From Andreprevotia chitinilytica DSM 18519 (GTDB lineage: Bacteria > Pseudomonadota > Gammaproteobacteria > Burkholderiales > Chitinibacteraceae), in assembly GCF_000711875.1 (NCBI RefSeq), contig NZ_JONM01000001.1, positions 163,934-227,933 on the forward strand: 64,000 nt of DNA. Direction: 5' to 3'. A program made the translations under genes and the position numbers. Below the pieces are notes generated by a model that ran no database searches, had not been told where the DNA came from, and saw only the letters and a program-made list of their open reading frames with translations. Below are positions 1 to 9,605 of this stretch, piece after piece; position 1 is the stretch's first letter; every line of letters begins with the position of its first letter.

Positions 1-213
1 ATTCCCGCTTGTCATAAATTCACGCGCTTTCAGAAGGCTTGGCCGTGGATTTGTCATTGGATTCGCGCCCGCATGCGCTCCCTGATGTGCTCCCAGATGT
101 GATCAGTCCGGAGCGCCGAGTGGAGTGTCTTGTCAGCTTGCAGCTGACAAAAAAACACGAGGGGCGCATTGCTGCGGGATTGCCTAACGGCAAGGGCCTG
201 CTTGGGGACTGCG

Positions 214-1380
214 ATGAAGATTCTTTCCATATTTGGTACTCGCCCGGAGGCGATCAAGATGGCGCCGCTGGTGCGTGCGCTGGGCCACACAGCCGGCATC
301 GAATCGGTGGTGTGCACCACCGGCCAGCATCGCAGCATGCTGGAACAGGTGATGGGGATGTTCGATATCCAGGCCCATCACGATCTGGATGTCATGGTCG
401 CCAATCAAAGCCTCAATGGCCTGTGCGAGCGCCTGTTTGCCAAGATCGATCCGATGCTGGATGCCGTTCGCCCGGATCGGGTGCTGGTGCATGGCGATAC
501 CAGCACGGCGATGGTGGCCGCGATGGCCGCGTTCCAGCGCCGCATTCCGGTGGCTCACGTTGAGGCGGGTCTGCGTACCGGTGATCTCTCCCAACCGTGG
601 CCGGAAGAGATGAACCGCCGCGTGATCGACGTGGTGAGCGACTACCTGTTCGCACCCACAGCCGGATCGCGTGACAACCTGCTGGAAGAAAACCTCGCCG
701 GCCGCATCGTCGTCACCGGCAACACCGTGATCGATGCGCTACGCCACACCGCCACCCGCATCGAACGTGATCCGAAGCTGTGCGCCAAGCTCGATTCCTA
801 CCTGCCATTCCGGCCGCGCAATCGCAAGATGCTGCTGGTCACCGGCCACCGCCGCGAGAATTTCGGCGCGGGTTTTGCGCAGATTTGCGATGCGCTGGCT
901 CATCTGTCGCGCCGGCCGGATATCGATATTGTCTACCCGCTGCACCTCAACCCGAACGTACGCGGCCCAGTCCGCGCCACCTTGGCCGGGCTGCCCAATG
1001 TGCACCTGATCGAACCGCTGGATTACCTGAGCTTCGTGCGGCTGATGCAGCAAGCCCACGTGATCCTGACCGACTCGGGCGGCGTGCAGGAAGAAGCGCC
1101 GTCGCTGGGCAAACCGGTGCTGGTGATGCGCGATGTGACCGAACGCCCGGAAGCGGTTGCGGCCGGCACGGTGCGCCTCGTCGGCACCGACAGCGCCCGC
1201 ATCGTCGCCGCCGTCAACGAGTTGTACGACCAGCCCGACGTGCATCAGCAATTCGCTACGGTGCGCAATCCCTACGGCGATGGCCATGCCTCGGCTCGCA
1301 TCATCGCGGCCCTCACTGGCCAGCCCTTCGACGAATTCGGTAGCCCACAGCACAGCGATGCAACGTGCCAGCCCGCCTGA
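214..1380 (+). CDS. wecB: UDP-N-acetylglucosamine 2-epimerase (non-hydrolysing)
   Basis: ATG at 214 inside TTG-initiated ORF 169..1380; N-terminus MKILSIFGTRPEAIKMAPLV and HGDTSTAM / TGNTVIDAL motifs typical of WecB/MnaA family. Confidence 0.9.
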   Translation: MKILSIFGTRPEAIKMAPLVRALGHTAGIESVVCTTGQHRSMLEQVMGMFDIQAHHDLDVMVANQSLNGLCERLFAKIDPMLDAVRPDRVLVHGDTSTAMVAAMAAFQRRIPVAHVEAGLRTGDLSQPWPEEMNRRVIDVVSDYLFAPTAGSRDNLLEENLAGRIVVTGNTVIDALRHTATRIERDPKLCAKLDSYLPFRPRNRKMLLVTGHRRENFGAGFAQICDALAHLSRRPDIDIVYPLHLNPNVRGPVRATLAGLPNVHLIEPLDYLSFVRLMQQAHVILTDSGGVQEEAPSLGKPVLVMRDVTERPEAVAAGTVRLVGTDSARIVAAVNELYDQPDVHQQFATVRNPYGDGHASARIIAALTGQPFDEFGSPQHSDATCQPA

Positions 1381-1417
1381 TTCAGCCCGACTCCTTTTCA
1401 TTTGCGCGGACGAAAAC

Positions 1418-3649
1418 ATGACACCCTCTTTCAGGACTACCCCCAGTGCTACGGCATTGCGGCGCGATATCTCCGTACTCGGGCTGATTGCCTATTTGAC
1501 CCTTACCGGCTCCGCCTGGGCGGCCAGCGGCGCGGCACAGCAATTCCAGCAATGGGCGGACGATCACTGGGTTAGCCGGCAGGTCAGCCTCGCCGAACTG
1601 GGCTTTGTGCGCCCGACGGTGCTCACCGGCTCGGACAAACAAAGCGAAATCTATCTACCCGTGCCGGCCGGTGTGCCGCTGGCGGATGCCACGCTGCAGT
1701 TCAACGCCAAGTACCTGCGTGCCGACGGTGGCCGCACTTCGATGACGCTGGCGGTAGATGGCTACCCGGTGGCCGCCCGCAGCCTGACCGAAGCGCAAGG
1801 CGATGCCAGCCAGTCGGTCGGCATCGACGGCCTGCCGCGTGCCGGTGGTTTTGTCCGCTTCGGCATCACGTGGTCGTCGATCGTGTCCGAGCTGATGTGC
1901 ACCGATCAACGCGCACCCGGCAACTCGCTGCAAGTCGCGCCGGATTCGCGTTTCAGCTACCGCTACGACCGCAACGCGATCAAAACGCTGACGACGGCCT
2001 GGAGCGCGCTGCCGCCTGCGCCGGTATTGCTGGTCGCTGCGGGGGCACTTGCGCCGGCGTCGTATGACACCGCATGGCGCGTTGGCGTGACGTTGGAACG
2101 CGCCGGCAAGCGGGTGCAGTTGCGGGCGCTGCCAGCCGTTGGCGATACGGTCAATCTGAGCAAGCTCAACGTACCGGCCAGCTTGCGCAGCATCCCGGCC
2201 TTTGCCGCGCTGGCGAGCGGCGAAGCGCAGCACCACATCAAGAACGATGCCGAGCGGGGCGCGCTGATTGCCTTGGGGAATCAAGGCCCGCTGCGTGCCG
2301 ATCTGGTCGTCAACGACCAAGCCTTGCAGGACGGCCTACGCAAGTCGCTGGATGCGCTGAATACCGAGATCAAAGCATCCGCCCCGGATGCCGCTGCGGC
2401 CTACACCGCTTGGCAAGCCAGCGCCTCGCCTTTGTTGGGGCAACTGCCCGGCAAGGATCAAGTGCAGTTGTCGGCGCTGGCCGGCAACCCGGTGATCGCT
2501 GTTGCCGGTGATGCGGGTGCCAAGGTGGCCGGGCTGTTCGGCAACCTGTGGCGGCCGGTAGCGCAGGGCAAGGCGTTGACGATCAACGCGGCCACCGCGC
2601 CAGAAAAGGGCGATGCCACGGTGTTGTTGTCTCAGTTCGGTGGCACCGCCGGCACGCTGGACGTGATCGCCCGCGCCGACCGCAGCGCCACCTTCGATAT
2701 CGGTGCCTTGGGCGCGGATGGCAGCTTGCCGACCGAGATCGTCTTCGATGTCTCCGCCGCGCCGAATACCGGTGGCGAAGCGCCTGTGGCCTCGATCTTC
2801 CTGAACGACTTTCTGCTGGGGGCCGAACACCTGCGCGCCGATGGCCGCCCGCAACGGATTTCCGCCGTGATCCCGCGCTATGCCCTGGCTGCCCGTAATG
2901 AAATCCGCATCGCCTTCTTGCGCCAGCCGACGCAACTGCGCTGCCACGATCAGCCGACGGCTTTCCCGGTGTCGCTGCTACCCAGCAGCCATCTGCGCCT
3001 GAAGAAAATCGCCGCTGGCAATGATTTCGTCGGCATGGCCGGCCGGTATGCCGGTGACAGCAGCGTGTTGGTGCCGGCCGGTTGGTTGAACAGCTCGGCC
3101 ACCAGTTTGCCGCTGGTGATCCGGCTGGCCGATGCCGCTGGCGTTTCGCCGGAACGCGCCGCGTTGCAGCTGGCAAAAGCCGGCGAGGAGGCCAAGCCTG
3201 AACACGCCTTCCTGGCCTTCGATACCGCCCTGGCCGACGTGAAACCCGCCGTGACTGCCCGCAACGGCAGCCTGGTTTTGACGGCGGAAGCCAAGGAGCC
3301 GGTGCTGTCGCTGAACGGGCTGGATCGGGTCGCGACGGTTGAAGTCGTCACCGCCGCAGGCGAGACCGGCATCCTTTACCGCACCGTCGGCCAGGCCGCG
3401 CCAACGCTGGATCAACCGTTCCGCCTGACGCATGGCAACGTGGCTGTATTAGGTGACGGCGGCCCGGTATCGCAGCTGGATACCAACGACCCGACCGGCA
3501 GCAAGCTCGCCAAGGAGGGCAACCCGCAGTCGCTGTGGGAAAGCCATATGACCTTGTGGCTGGTGATTATGGGGGTGGTGGCGTTCGTGTTGATTGCGGC
3601 TCGGGTGGCGCAGGTTCGGCGGCGCAAGGCGGGTGGGGAAGGGCATTAA
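1418..3649 (+). CDS. BcsB-like periplasmic polysaccharide-synthase subunit (N-terminal signal/anchor, C-terminal TM helix + RRRK tail)
   Basis: ATG at 1418 in frame of ORF 1157..3649 just after wecB stop; signal-like ISVLGLIAYLTLTGSAWAA; C-terminus SHMTLWLVIMGVVAFVLIAARVAQVRRRK matches BcsB architecture; family assignment from memory, not a search. Confidence 0.55.
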   Translation: MTPSFRTTPSATALRRDISVLGLIAYLTLTGSAWAASGAAQQFQQWADDHWVSRQVSLAELGFVRPTVLTGSDKQSEIYLPVPAGVPLADATLQFNAKYLRADGGRTSMTLAVDGYPVAARSLTEAQGDASQSVGIDGLPRAGGFVRFGITWSSIVSELMCTDQRAPGNSLQVAPDSRFSYRYDRNAIKTLTTAWSALPPAPVLLVAAGALAPASYDTAWRVGVTLERAGKRVQLRALPAVGDTVNLSKLNVPASLRSIPAFAALASGEAQHHIKNDAERGALIALGNQGPLRADLVVNDQALQDGLRKSLDALNTEIKASAPDAAAAYTAWQASASPLLGQLPGKDQVQLSALAGNPVIAVAGDAGAKVAGLFGNLWRPVAQGKALTINAATAPEKGDATVLLSQFGGTAGTLDVIARADRSATFDIGALGADGSLPTEIVFDVSAAPNTGGEAPVASIFLNDFLLGAEHLRADGRPQRISAVIPRYALAARNEIRIAFLRQPTQLRCHDQPTAFPVSLLPSSHLRLKKIAAGNDFVGMAGRYAGDSSVLVPAGWLNSSATSLPLVIRLADAAGVSPERAALQLAKAGEEAKPEHAFLAFDTALADVKPAVTARNGSLVLTAEAKEPVLSLNGLDRVATVEVVTAAGETGILYRTVGQAAPTLDQPFRLTHGNVAVLGDGGPVSQLDTNDPTGSKLAKEGNPQSLWESHMTLWLVIMGVVAFVLIAARVAQVRRRKAGGEGH

Positions 3650-3667
3650 GCACCACCGCACCGCATT

Positions 3668-3712
3668 GCTCCCCTCGCCCGCTTGCGGGAGAGGGGCCGG
3701 GGGAGAGGGCAA
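3668..3712. repeat. REP-like palindrome, family A (ctcccctcgccc..gggagaggggccggggg)
   Basis: motif recurs at ~8363, 24835, 33058, 56468. Confidence 0.6.
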
Positions 3713-3810
3713 TCTGCTCCTTATTCGCGGCGGAGTCCCGAGTCACATTGCCCGATGGGTTATGGCCGTTGGCCTAACCCATCCTATGCGCAGGCGCATT
3801 ACCAACTCCG

Positions 3811-3881
3811 TAGCCCGGACGGCTTGCCGGCCGGGGTGACGCCGGTGGAAAGCCCCCGGCCGGCAAGCCGTCCGGGCTACG
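3811..3881. repeat. REP-like hairpin, family C (tagcccggacggcttgccggccgggg ... ccccggccggcaagccgtccgggctac)
   Basis: long perfect inverted repeat; same arms recur at ~26712, 30496, 54350. Confidence 0.65.
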
Positions 3882-3951
3882 GGATGTGCGACACGCGAGC
3901 AGTTTCCGACATCACAAACGCCGCAAAGAAAACCCAAACAGGCCCCAAATC

Positions 3952-6114
3952 ATGGATCAGATCACCGCCCAACCCTGGCAAATCTACTTCGCCCACTACT
4001 ACAGTGCGCTGGAATCGTTCGCTGCCGTTGCAGCGGTGTTGATCCTGATTTCCAGCCTCGATGACCTGTTCATCGACGCCTGGTACTGGACCCGCGAGAT
4101 CTACCGCAAGCTCACGGTGAAGCGGGCCAACAGCTACAAGCCGCTCACCGCTGCGCAACTCAAGGCGCGGGCCGAGCAGCCGCTGGCGATCATGGTGCCG
4201 GCGTGGCTCGAATACGATGTGATCGCGCAGATGATCGAGAACATGGTCACCGTGCTCGACTACCGCAGCTATGTCGTCTTCGTCGGCACCTACGTGAATG
4301 ACGCCGCCACCATCGCCGAAGTCGAGCGCATGCGTCGCCGCTATCGCCAGCTCAAGCGCGTGGAAGTGCCGCATCCGGGCCCGACCTGCAAGGCGGACTG
4401 CCTCAACTGGATCATCCAGGCCATCTTCCTGCACGAGCAGGAAAACAACATGGAATTCGCCGGGGTGATCTTGCACGACAGCGAAGACGTGCTGCACCCG
4501 ATGGAGCTGCAGTTCTTCAATTACCTGCTGCCCCGCAAGGACATGATCCAGTTGCCCGTCACCTCGCTGGAGCGCGAGTGGTACGAGCTGGTGGCCGGCA
4601 CTTACATGGATGAGTTCGCCGAATGGCACGCCAAGGATCTGGTGGTGCGCGAGAGCGTGTCCGGCATGGTGCCGTCGGCCGGGGTGGGCACGTGCTTCTC
4701 GCGCCGGGCGCTCAAGGCGCTGTCGGATCAGACCAATAACCAACCCTTCAATACCGAGAGTCTGACCGAAGACTACGACGTCGGCGCACGCTTGGCCGAG
4801 CTGGGTATGAACTCGATCTTTGCCCGCTTCCCGGTGCAGTTCCGCGCCCTGCGCAGCAGCTGGTTCGGCTTTGGCCGCACGCGTGAACTGACGCTGGATA
4901 TGGCGCTGTGCGTGCGCGAATACTTCCCGGATACCTTTCGCACCGCCTACCGGCAAAAGGCGCGCTGGGTGCTCGGCATCGGGCTGCAGAGCTGGGAGCA
5001 CTTGGGCTGGCGCGGTTCGCTCGCCACCAAGTACCTGTTGTTTCGCGATCGCAAAGGCATCATCACCTCGTTCGTGAGCATCTTTGCTTATCTGCTGTTC
5101 TTCCAGTTCATGCTGCTGTACGTCGCCACCCTGACGGGGGTGTGGACGATGCGTTTTCCGCCGATCTTCGCACCCGGCAGCTGGCTGATGGCCGTCGCCA
5201 CATTCACCGCCGTGGCGCTGGGCTTGCGCGTGGTGCAGCGCTTTTACTTCGTTACCAAGCTCTATGGCTGGGAACACGGGCTGATGTCGATCCCGCGCAT
5301 GGTGGTCGGCAACGTGATCAATTTCATGGCCGTGGCGCGGGCGTGGCGCATGTTCCTGGCGTATCTGTTGTTCGGTAAACGCATGGTGTGGGACAAAACC
5401 ATGCACGACTTTCCATCCTCATCCCAACTGGCGCAAAAGCGGCAACGGCTGGGTGAATTGCTGCTGGCGTGGCAAGCCGTGGATGCCGACAAACTCGAAG
5501 CCGCGCTGGTCGATCAGGCGCAGCACAAAGCGCCGCTCGGCCGCATCTTGCTGGCCAAAGGCTGGCTGGATGACGAAACGCTGGCCGAGGCGATTTCCTT
5601 TCAGGCTGAGCTGCCCCGCGCGCAAGTCGATGCCGAGCAACTGCGCGCCAATGCCGAGCTGCTGCCGGAAGAATATTGCGTGCGCTGGCGTACCTTGCCG
5701 ATTGGCCAGTCGGACGACGGATTGCTGCAGCTCGCCGTTGCCAACCCGCTATCCGACGAAGCCATCGAACAGATTCGCACCGCCACGGGGTGCGATATCG
5801 CCCAGCACATCGCCCGGGAAAGCGAAATCGGCGCCGGCCTGCGCCTGCTGCGTGGCAGCGAGACGGTATTTGAAGCGATCGGCAGGCCGTTAATTGGTGA
5901 TGTGCTGATCGAACACAACCTCATCAGCCGCGAGCAGTTCGACGATGCGCTGGTGGCCTACCGCCCGGATCGGGATGGCCGCATTGGCGATTATCTCGTC
6001 CAGCGCGGTGTGGTTTCGCGGGCATCGATCGAGCTGGCGATCAAGGAACAGCAGGCGAGGGCGGTTGCGCCGCAGCTCGTCCGCTTCGATGACGAGGAAC
6101 CGCTGCCGGTATGA
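3952..6114 (+). CDS. nfrB: NfrB-like GT2 glycosyltransferase/synthase with C-terminal tandem MshEN (c-di-GMP-binding) domains
   Basis: ATG at 3952 (MDQITAQPW). ISGLDDxFID, LAIMVPAW, PGPTCKADCLN, ILHDSEDV, SAGVGTCFSRRAL, VREYFPDTF and KARWVLGI align with E. coli NfrB from memory. C-terminal RLGELLLAWQAVDADKLEAAL and LGRILLAKGWLDDETLAEAI fit the MshEN RLGxxLLxxGxLxxxxLxxAL consensus; two further degenerate copies follow. Confidence 0.85.
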   Translation: MDQITAQPWQIYFAHYYSALESFAAVAAVLILISSLDDLFIDAWYWTREIYRKLTVKRANSYKPLTAAQLKARAEQPLAIMVPAWLEYDVIAQMIENMVTVLDYRSYVVFVGTYVNDAATIAEVERMRRRYRQLKRVEVPHPGPTCKADCLNWIIQAIFLHEQENNMEFAGVILHDSEDVLHPMELQFFNYLLPRKDMIQLPVTSLEREWYELVAGTYMDEFAEWHAKDLVVRESVSGMVPSAGVGTCFSRRALKALSDQTNNQPFNTESLTEDYDVGARLAELGMNSIFARFPVQFRALRSSWFGFGRTRELTLDMALCVREYFPDTFRTAYRQKARWVLGIGLQSWEHLGWRGSLATKYLLFRDRKGIITSFVSIFAYLLFFQFMLLYVATLTGVWTMRFPPIFAPGSWLMAVATFTAVALGLRVVQRFYFVTKLYGWEHGLMSIPRMVVGNVINFMAVARAWRMFLAYLLFGKRMVWDKTMHDFPSSSQLAQKRQRLGELLLAWQAVDADKLEAALVDQAQHKAPLGRILLAKGWLDDETLAEAISFQAELPRAQVDAEQLRANAELLPEEYCVRWRTLPIGQSDDGLLQLAVANPLSDEAIEQIRTATGCDIAQHIARESEIGAGLRLLRGSETVFEAIGRPLIGDVLIEHNLISREQFDDALVAYRPDRDGRIGDYLVQRGVVSRASIELAIKEQQARAVAPQLVRFDDEEPLPV

Positions 6115-8330
6115 CCCGCTTATCCACTTACACCCGAACTCAATCGCGCCATCTGGTGGGCTGCCTGTTCGCCCTGACCGTAGCCAGCGCATTTGCCGAT
6201 GAACTGCCACTGACCGGGCCGGCGTATCAGGTTGCCAACGAGGCTTACCAAGCCTACGACCGGGGTGATTACCCGACCGCGATTCAGAACGCCCGCGAAG
6301 CCATCCGCCTGCGGCCTGACGTGGCGCGGCTCAAGGTCTTGCTGCGCAATGCACAGGCGGCAGCGAACAAGCGCTCGGTACGCAAGGCCGTGAAACCCGT
6401 CCAGCCTTCGACCGCGCCGCAGCTGGTATCACCGGTGCAAGCCAAGCTGGCAGAGATCATCCGCCTGCAGCACGCCGGCCAATTCGACGATGCTTTGCGC
6501 TTAGCCGACGAAACGCTCGCCAGCGACGGCCCGAATGACGCGGTGAGCGCGCAACGCGATCTGCTGCGCCGGCAATTGGCACTGGCCGCCGCCGGACGTG
6601 CGTATGAGGCGCTGTCAAAACAAGTCTGGCCGGAGGCGGCTACCGCAGCGAAGGCCGCCATCGATTACGCGCCGGGCGTGATGTCCTACCGTTTGCTATT
6701 GATCGATGCGCTGTTGCGCGATCAACAGAACCCGGCTGCCGAAGCCGCCGCCACGGCCGCCATCGAACGAGACGGCAACGACATCACCCCGCTGCTGATG
6801 CGCGCCTATGCCAAACAAGCGCAAGGCAATCGCGCCGGGGCGAAGGACGACTATGTGCTGGCAGGCAACCGCCAACTGGATGCAAAAGCCAGCCGCAATC
6901 TCTCCCTGATCATGGCCGACGCTGCCTTGGCGGCGGGTGAGGGCGCAACAGCGCTGGATGCCTTGCTGGCGATCGATTCACCCGATGCCGATGTAGCCGA
7001 ACGCCGCAAACTGGCCGAGCTACAGGTGGTCAACCCTGGCGACAATGCACTGCACACGGCCCTCGTGCCGCCAACGCTCAATTGCAAGACCGTGGCCGAC
7101 GCGACCGAGTGCACGGCGCGGCTTGCCAGCAATCCGCAATATTCGCTCGCCGCCGCAGCGTACAAAGCGATGGCCGCGCGCGATTACGCCGAAGCGGTCG
7201 CCAAAGCGCGTGCCTTGGTGATGATCGCGCCGGATAACGGCAGCTACCTGCAGTTGCTGATCAGCGCCTTGGCGGCGAACAGCGAGCAAGCCGAATCCCG
7301 CCGCTATGCCCGCGCTGCACTCGCCCGTTTTACCGATCTATCAGACGTGGAACGTGCCTATCTGGCCTTGGCCGCCGACGACACAGCGGCCGCCCATCAA
7401 GCCTTTAACCGCGCTGATGCTGCCCAGCAATTGCCGGCCAAAGCGCTGCTGGATGCCGCCTACACCGCGCAACGGGCCGAGGCGCTGCCGGACGCCAGCC
7501 ATTACTTCCGCGAGGCGATTGATGCGAATGACGCAGGCAGCCTGGAATTCGCGCCGCAAGCCCTGTTCGATACCCGCCGTGCCGTCGCCGATCTGGAACG
7601 CCGCTGGGGGGCGTATACCTCCCTCAGTTATCGTGGTGCGGGCGGCTTGACCGGCGTCGCCCCGACCAATCCACAAAGCGACAGCCTGTATTGGGGCGGG
7701 GAAGTGTTCTGGCGTCCGCTCGCACTCGCCGGCAACGGGACTTACGTTGATTTCTACGCCCGCCTGTTCGATTCGCTCTACAGCAAGGCTGGCTACGCCA
7801 CCGGCTCGGCCAGCCTGCAAGGCGCAGTCGGTGCGCGCTGGAAGCCGCTGACCGAGCAAAACCTCACCTTCGCGTTCGAACGCCTGATCCGCCTTGGCGA
7901 TGCCAGCCAATCCGATTGGCTGGCGCGGGTCGGCTATTCGCTCGGCGAAGGTACTGATTTGCGTGTGGATGCGGCGTCGTGGTGGACAGCAGACGTAAAT
8001 GCCGAAGCCGGCCATTACTTCGAAGCCGGCACCCGCTACGCCACATCCGAATGGCGTGCCGGCCGCAGCTACCGTATGCCCGTCATCGACATCGGTTCCG
8101 CCAAAGCCGTGGTCTGGCCGCATGCCGTGCTCGGTATCGACTACAGCTCCGCCTTTGCTACCCGGCAGGCGATTGGCGCGGGCGTCGGCGTGAACGTGCG
8201 CTACTGGTTCCGTGAGGATCACTACACCGCACCGCGTTCGTACTTTGATCTTTCGATGCACTACCGCATCAAGGTGTCTGGTGATGAGCGAGGGAGCGGG
8301 TTCTTTTTGCGGGGGATTTTTTATTATTGA
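6111..8330 (+). CDS. nfrA: NfrA-like outer-membrane TPR / beta-barrel polysaccharide export protein
   Basis: ATGA overlap with nfrB stop; signal peptide; Ala-rich TPR-like body; C-terminal beta-barrel-like segment ends in aromatic residues (RGIFYY) and resembles NfrA/BcsC/PgaA C-termini. Confidence 0.75.
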   Translation: MTRLSTYTRTQSRHLVGCLFALTVASAFADELPLTGPAYQVANEAYQAYDRGDYPTAIQNAREAIRLRPDVARLKVLLRNAQAAANKRSVRKAVKPVQPSTAPQLVSPVQAKLAEIIRLQHAGQFDDALRLADETLASDGPNDAVSAQRDLLRRQLALAAAGRAYEALSKQVWPEAATAAKAAIDYAPGVMSYRLLLIDALLRDQQNPAAEAAATAAIERDGNDITPLLMRAYAKQAQGNRAGAKDDYVLAGNRQLDAKASRNLSLIMADAALAAGEGATALDALLAIDSPDADVAERRKLAELQVVNPGDNALHTALVPPTLNCKTVADATECTARLASNPQYSLAAAAYKAMAARDYAEAVAKARALVMIAPDNGSYLQLLISALAANSEQAESRRYARAALARFTDLSDVERAYLALAADDTAAAHQAFNRADAAQQLPAKALLDAAYTAQRAEALPDASHYFREAIDANDAGSLEFAPQALFDTRRAVADLERRWGAYTSLSYRGAGGLTGVAPTNPQSDSLYWGGEVFWRPLALAGNGTYVDFYARLFDSLYSKAGYATGSASLQGAVGARWKPLTEQNLTFAFERLIRLGDASQSDWLARVGYSLGEGTDLRVDAASWWTADVNAEAGHYFEAGTRYATSEWRAGRSYRMPVIDIGSAKAVVWPHAVLGIDYSSAFATRQAIGAGVGVNVRYWFREDHYTAPRSYFDLSMHYRIKVSGDERGSGFFLRGIFYY

Positions 8331-8362
8331 TCGGTTGGCGTTCTCAAACGCCCTCGGGTTTT

Positions 8363-8500
8363 CTCCCCTCGCCCACTTGTGGGAGAGGGGCCGGGGGTGA
8401 GGGTCGTGCAACCTTCAATGACCTTGCTGGCACCCTCTCTCTAACCCTCTCCCACTGTCCCTGAACAAGGCAAAGCCTTGCACGGGATGTGAGAGGGGAG
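8363..8500. repeat. composite REP/MITE-like element (family A head + conserved ~90-bp tail)
   Basis: near-identical ~140-bp composite also at 33058..33200 (same order: REP, gtgca..caatg, ccctctc..tgtccctgaa.aaggc.aaagccttgcacggga). Confidence 0.6.
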
Positions 8501-8654
8501 AAAACCCCAACGTCGCGCGACTCTTTCCTTTCGCCTTCGTGTGCAAGGTTTTAACTTTGCCCTGCTATGGCCGGAAGAGGTCTCGGGGCGAGGGCGCAAC
8601 ACGCAATTGCGCTAAGCTGCCAAACACCTACTCGCGCATCCCCCATTCCCGCTC

Positions 8655-9503
8655 ATGCCAAACCGCCTGCTTGCCCTGTGTTGCCTCATGGTGAGCTCCC
8701 TCTCGCTCTCCGCCTGCCAAACCCCACCCCATGCCCCGGTACACATCGCTGGCATCGCATGGCAACCCGACAACGCAACCGCCAATCCCAAAGGCACATG
8801 GGATCGGCTCGGCGCGCATACCTTATTGGTGCAATGGACTACAGTCAGCGGCAGTGCCTTTATTGCAGGCTGCGGCGGCGCGCCGGTACCGGTACTGCCA
8901 GATTGGCAACGCATCGCCCAAGAACCTTGGGCGCAGGATGTCATTCTCGGGCTGGCTGGCAAGTTCGACGAGGCAGAAGCCCGCAATTCACTGGATAGCC
9001 TGATCGCCCAATCGCGTTGCCTTGCCGCGCAGCCCACGCCGCTGCATGTGGTTGGTTGGTATTTCCCGGTCGAAGTCGATCCCACCTGGCAAGACGCCAG
9101 CAAACTCGGCCCGCTTCTGGCACAACTGCCACGTCCGCTGTGGATCAGTGCCTACGACAGTGCCAACCTCGGCCCCGCCGAACTCGGCAACTTTCTAGCG
9201 ACATGGCTGCCGGCGGATGTCGGCGTGTTCTTTCAGGATGGCGTTGGTGTTTACGCTCGCGAACCCCGCGTTGCGCTCGACTACGTGAATGCGCTGGAAA
9301 AACGCCTTGGCAAAGCCCGCCTCCGCCTCATCGCCGAAGCCTTCCGCCCGCAAATCGGCGGCGGTTTCCGGGCGGCAACGCCAGCCGAACTCACGGCGCA
9401 GCTTGCCAACTATGGCGGTCGGGATGTGTATCTGTTCGATGGGCCGCATTACGTGAGCGACGAAACTGTTGAAGTGCTGCGGGCATCGCTGCAGCTTCCT
9501 TGA
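8655..9503 (+). CDS. hypothetical lipoprotein (lipobox LSAC); possible polysaccharide-active TIM-barrel hydrolase by context only
   Basis: ATG at 8655, signal+LSAC lipobox; no motif recognised. Confidence 0.5.
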   Translation: MPNRLLALCCLMVSSLSLSACQTPPHAPVHIAGIAWQPDNATANPKGTWDRLGAHTLLVQWTTVSGSAFIAGCGGAPVPVLPDWQRIAQEPWAQDVILGLAGKFDEAEARNSLDSLIAQSRCLAAQPTPLHVVGWYFPVEVDPTWQDASKLGPLLAQLPRPLWISAYDSANLGPAELGNFLATWLPADVGVFFQDGVGVYAREPRVALDYVNALEKRLGKARLRLIAEAFRPQIGGGFRAATPAELTAQLANYGGRDVYLFDGPHYVSDETVEVLRASLQLP

Positions 9504-9605
9504 TCAGTATGACCCAGCGTATTTCGGAGGACGGGTATAGCAAGCCCAACTCGTCCTCCGGATCATGATGCTGGTGGCATCGCCTGCAAATGCGATGCCA
9601 TCAGG

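Noticed and set aside
39-563. ORFs 39..563(+), 54..338(-) and 184..594(-) around the wecB 5' end
   Set aside because: TTG-initiated or antisense, low-complexity; region is better explained as wecB promoter plus wecB N-terminus.
1157-1417. 5' extension of ORF 1157..3649 overlapping wecB
   Set aside because: Out-of-frame overlap of 220 nt with a well-supported wecB; ATG at 1418 with signal peptide is the sensible start.
3877-5406. Long antisense ORFs inside confident genes, e.g. 3877..5406(-), 7341..8411(-), 31127..32482(-), 34952..36223(-), 47758..49593(-), 49648..50793(-), 54022..55518(-), 54392..56056(-), 57824..59863(-), 40341..41813(+), 27627..28799(+)
   Set aside because: Typical shadow ORFs of high-GC DNA: low-complexity Arg/Ala/Gly-rich translations, no RBS, and opposite a strongly supported gene.
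5400-6114. PilZ domain at the C-terminus of the GT2 synthase, by analogy with BcsA
   Set aside because: No RxxxR...DxSxxG PilZ signature; instead tandem RLGxxLL...L...AL motifs match MshEN, as in NfrB.
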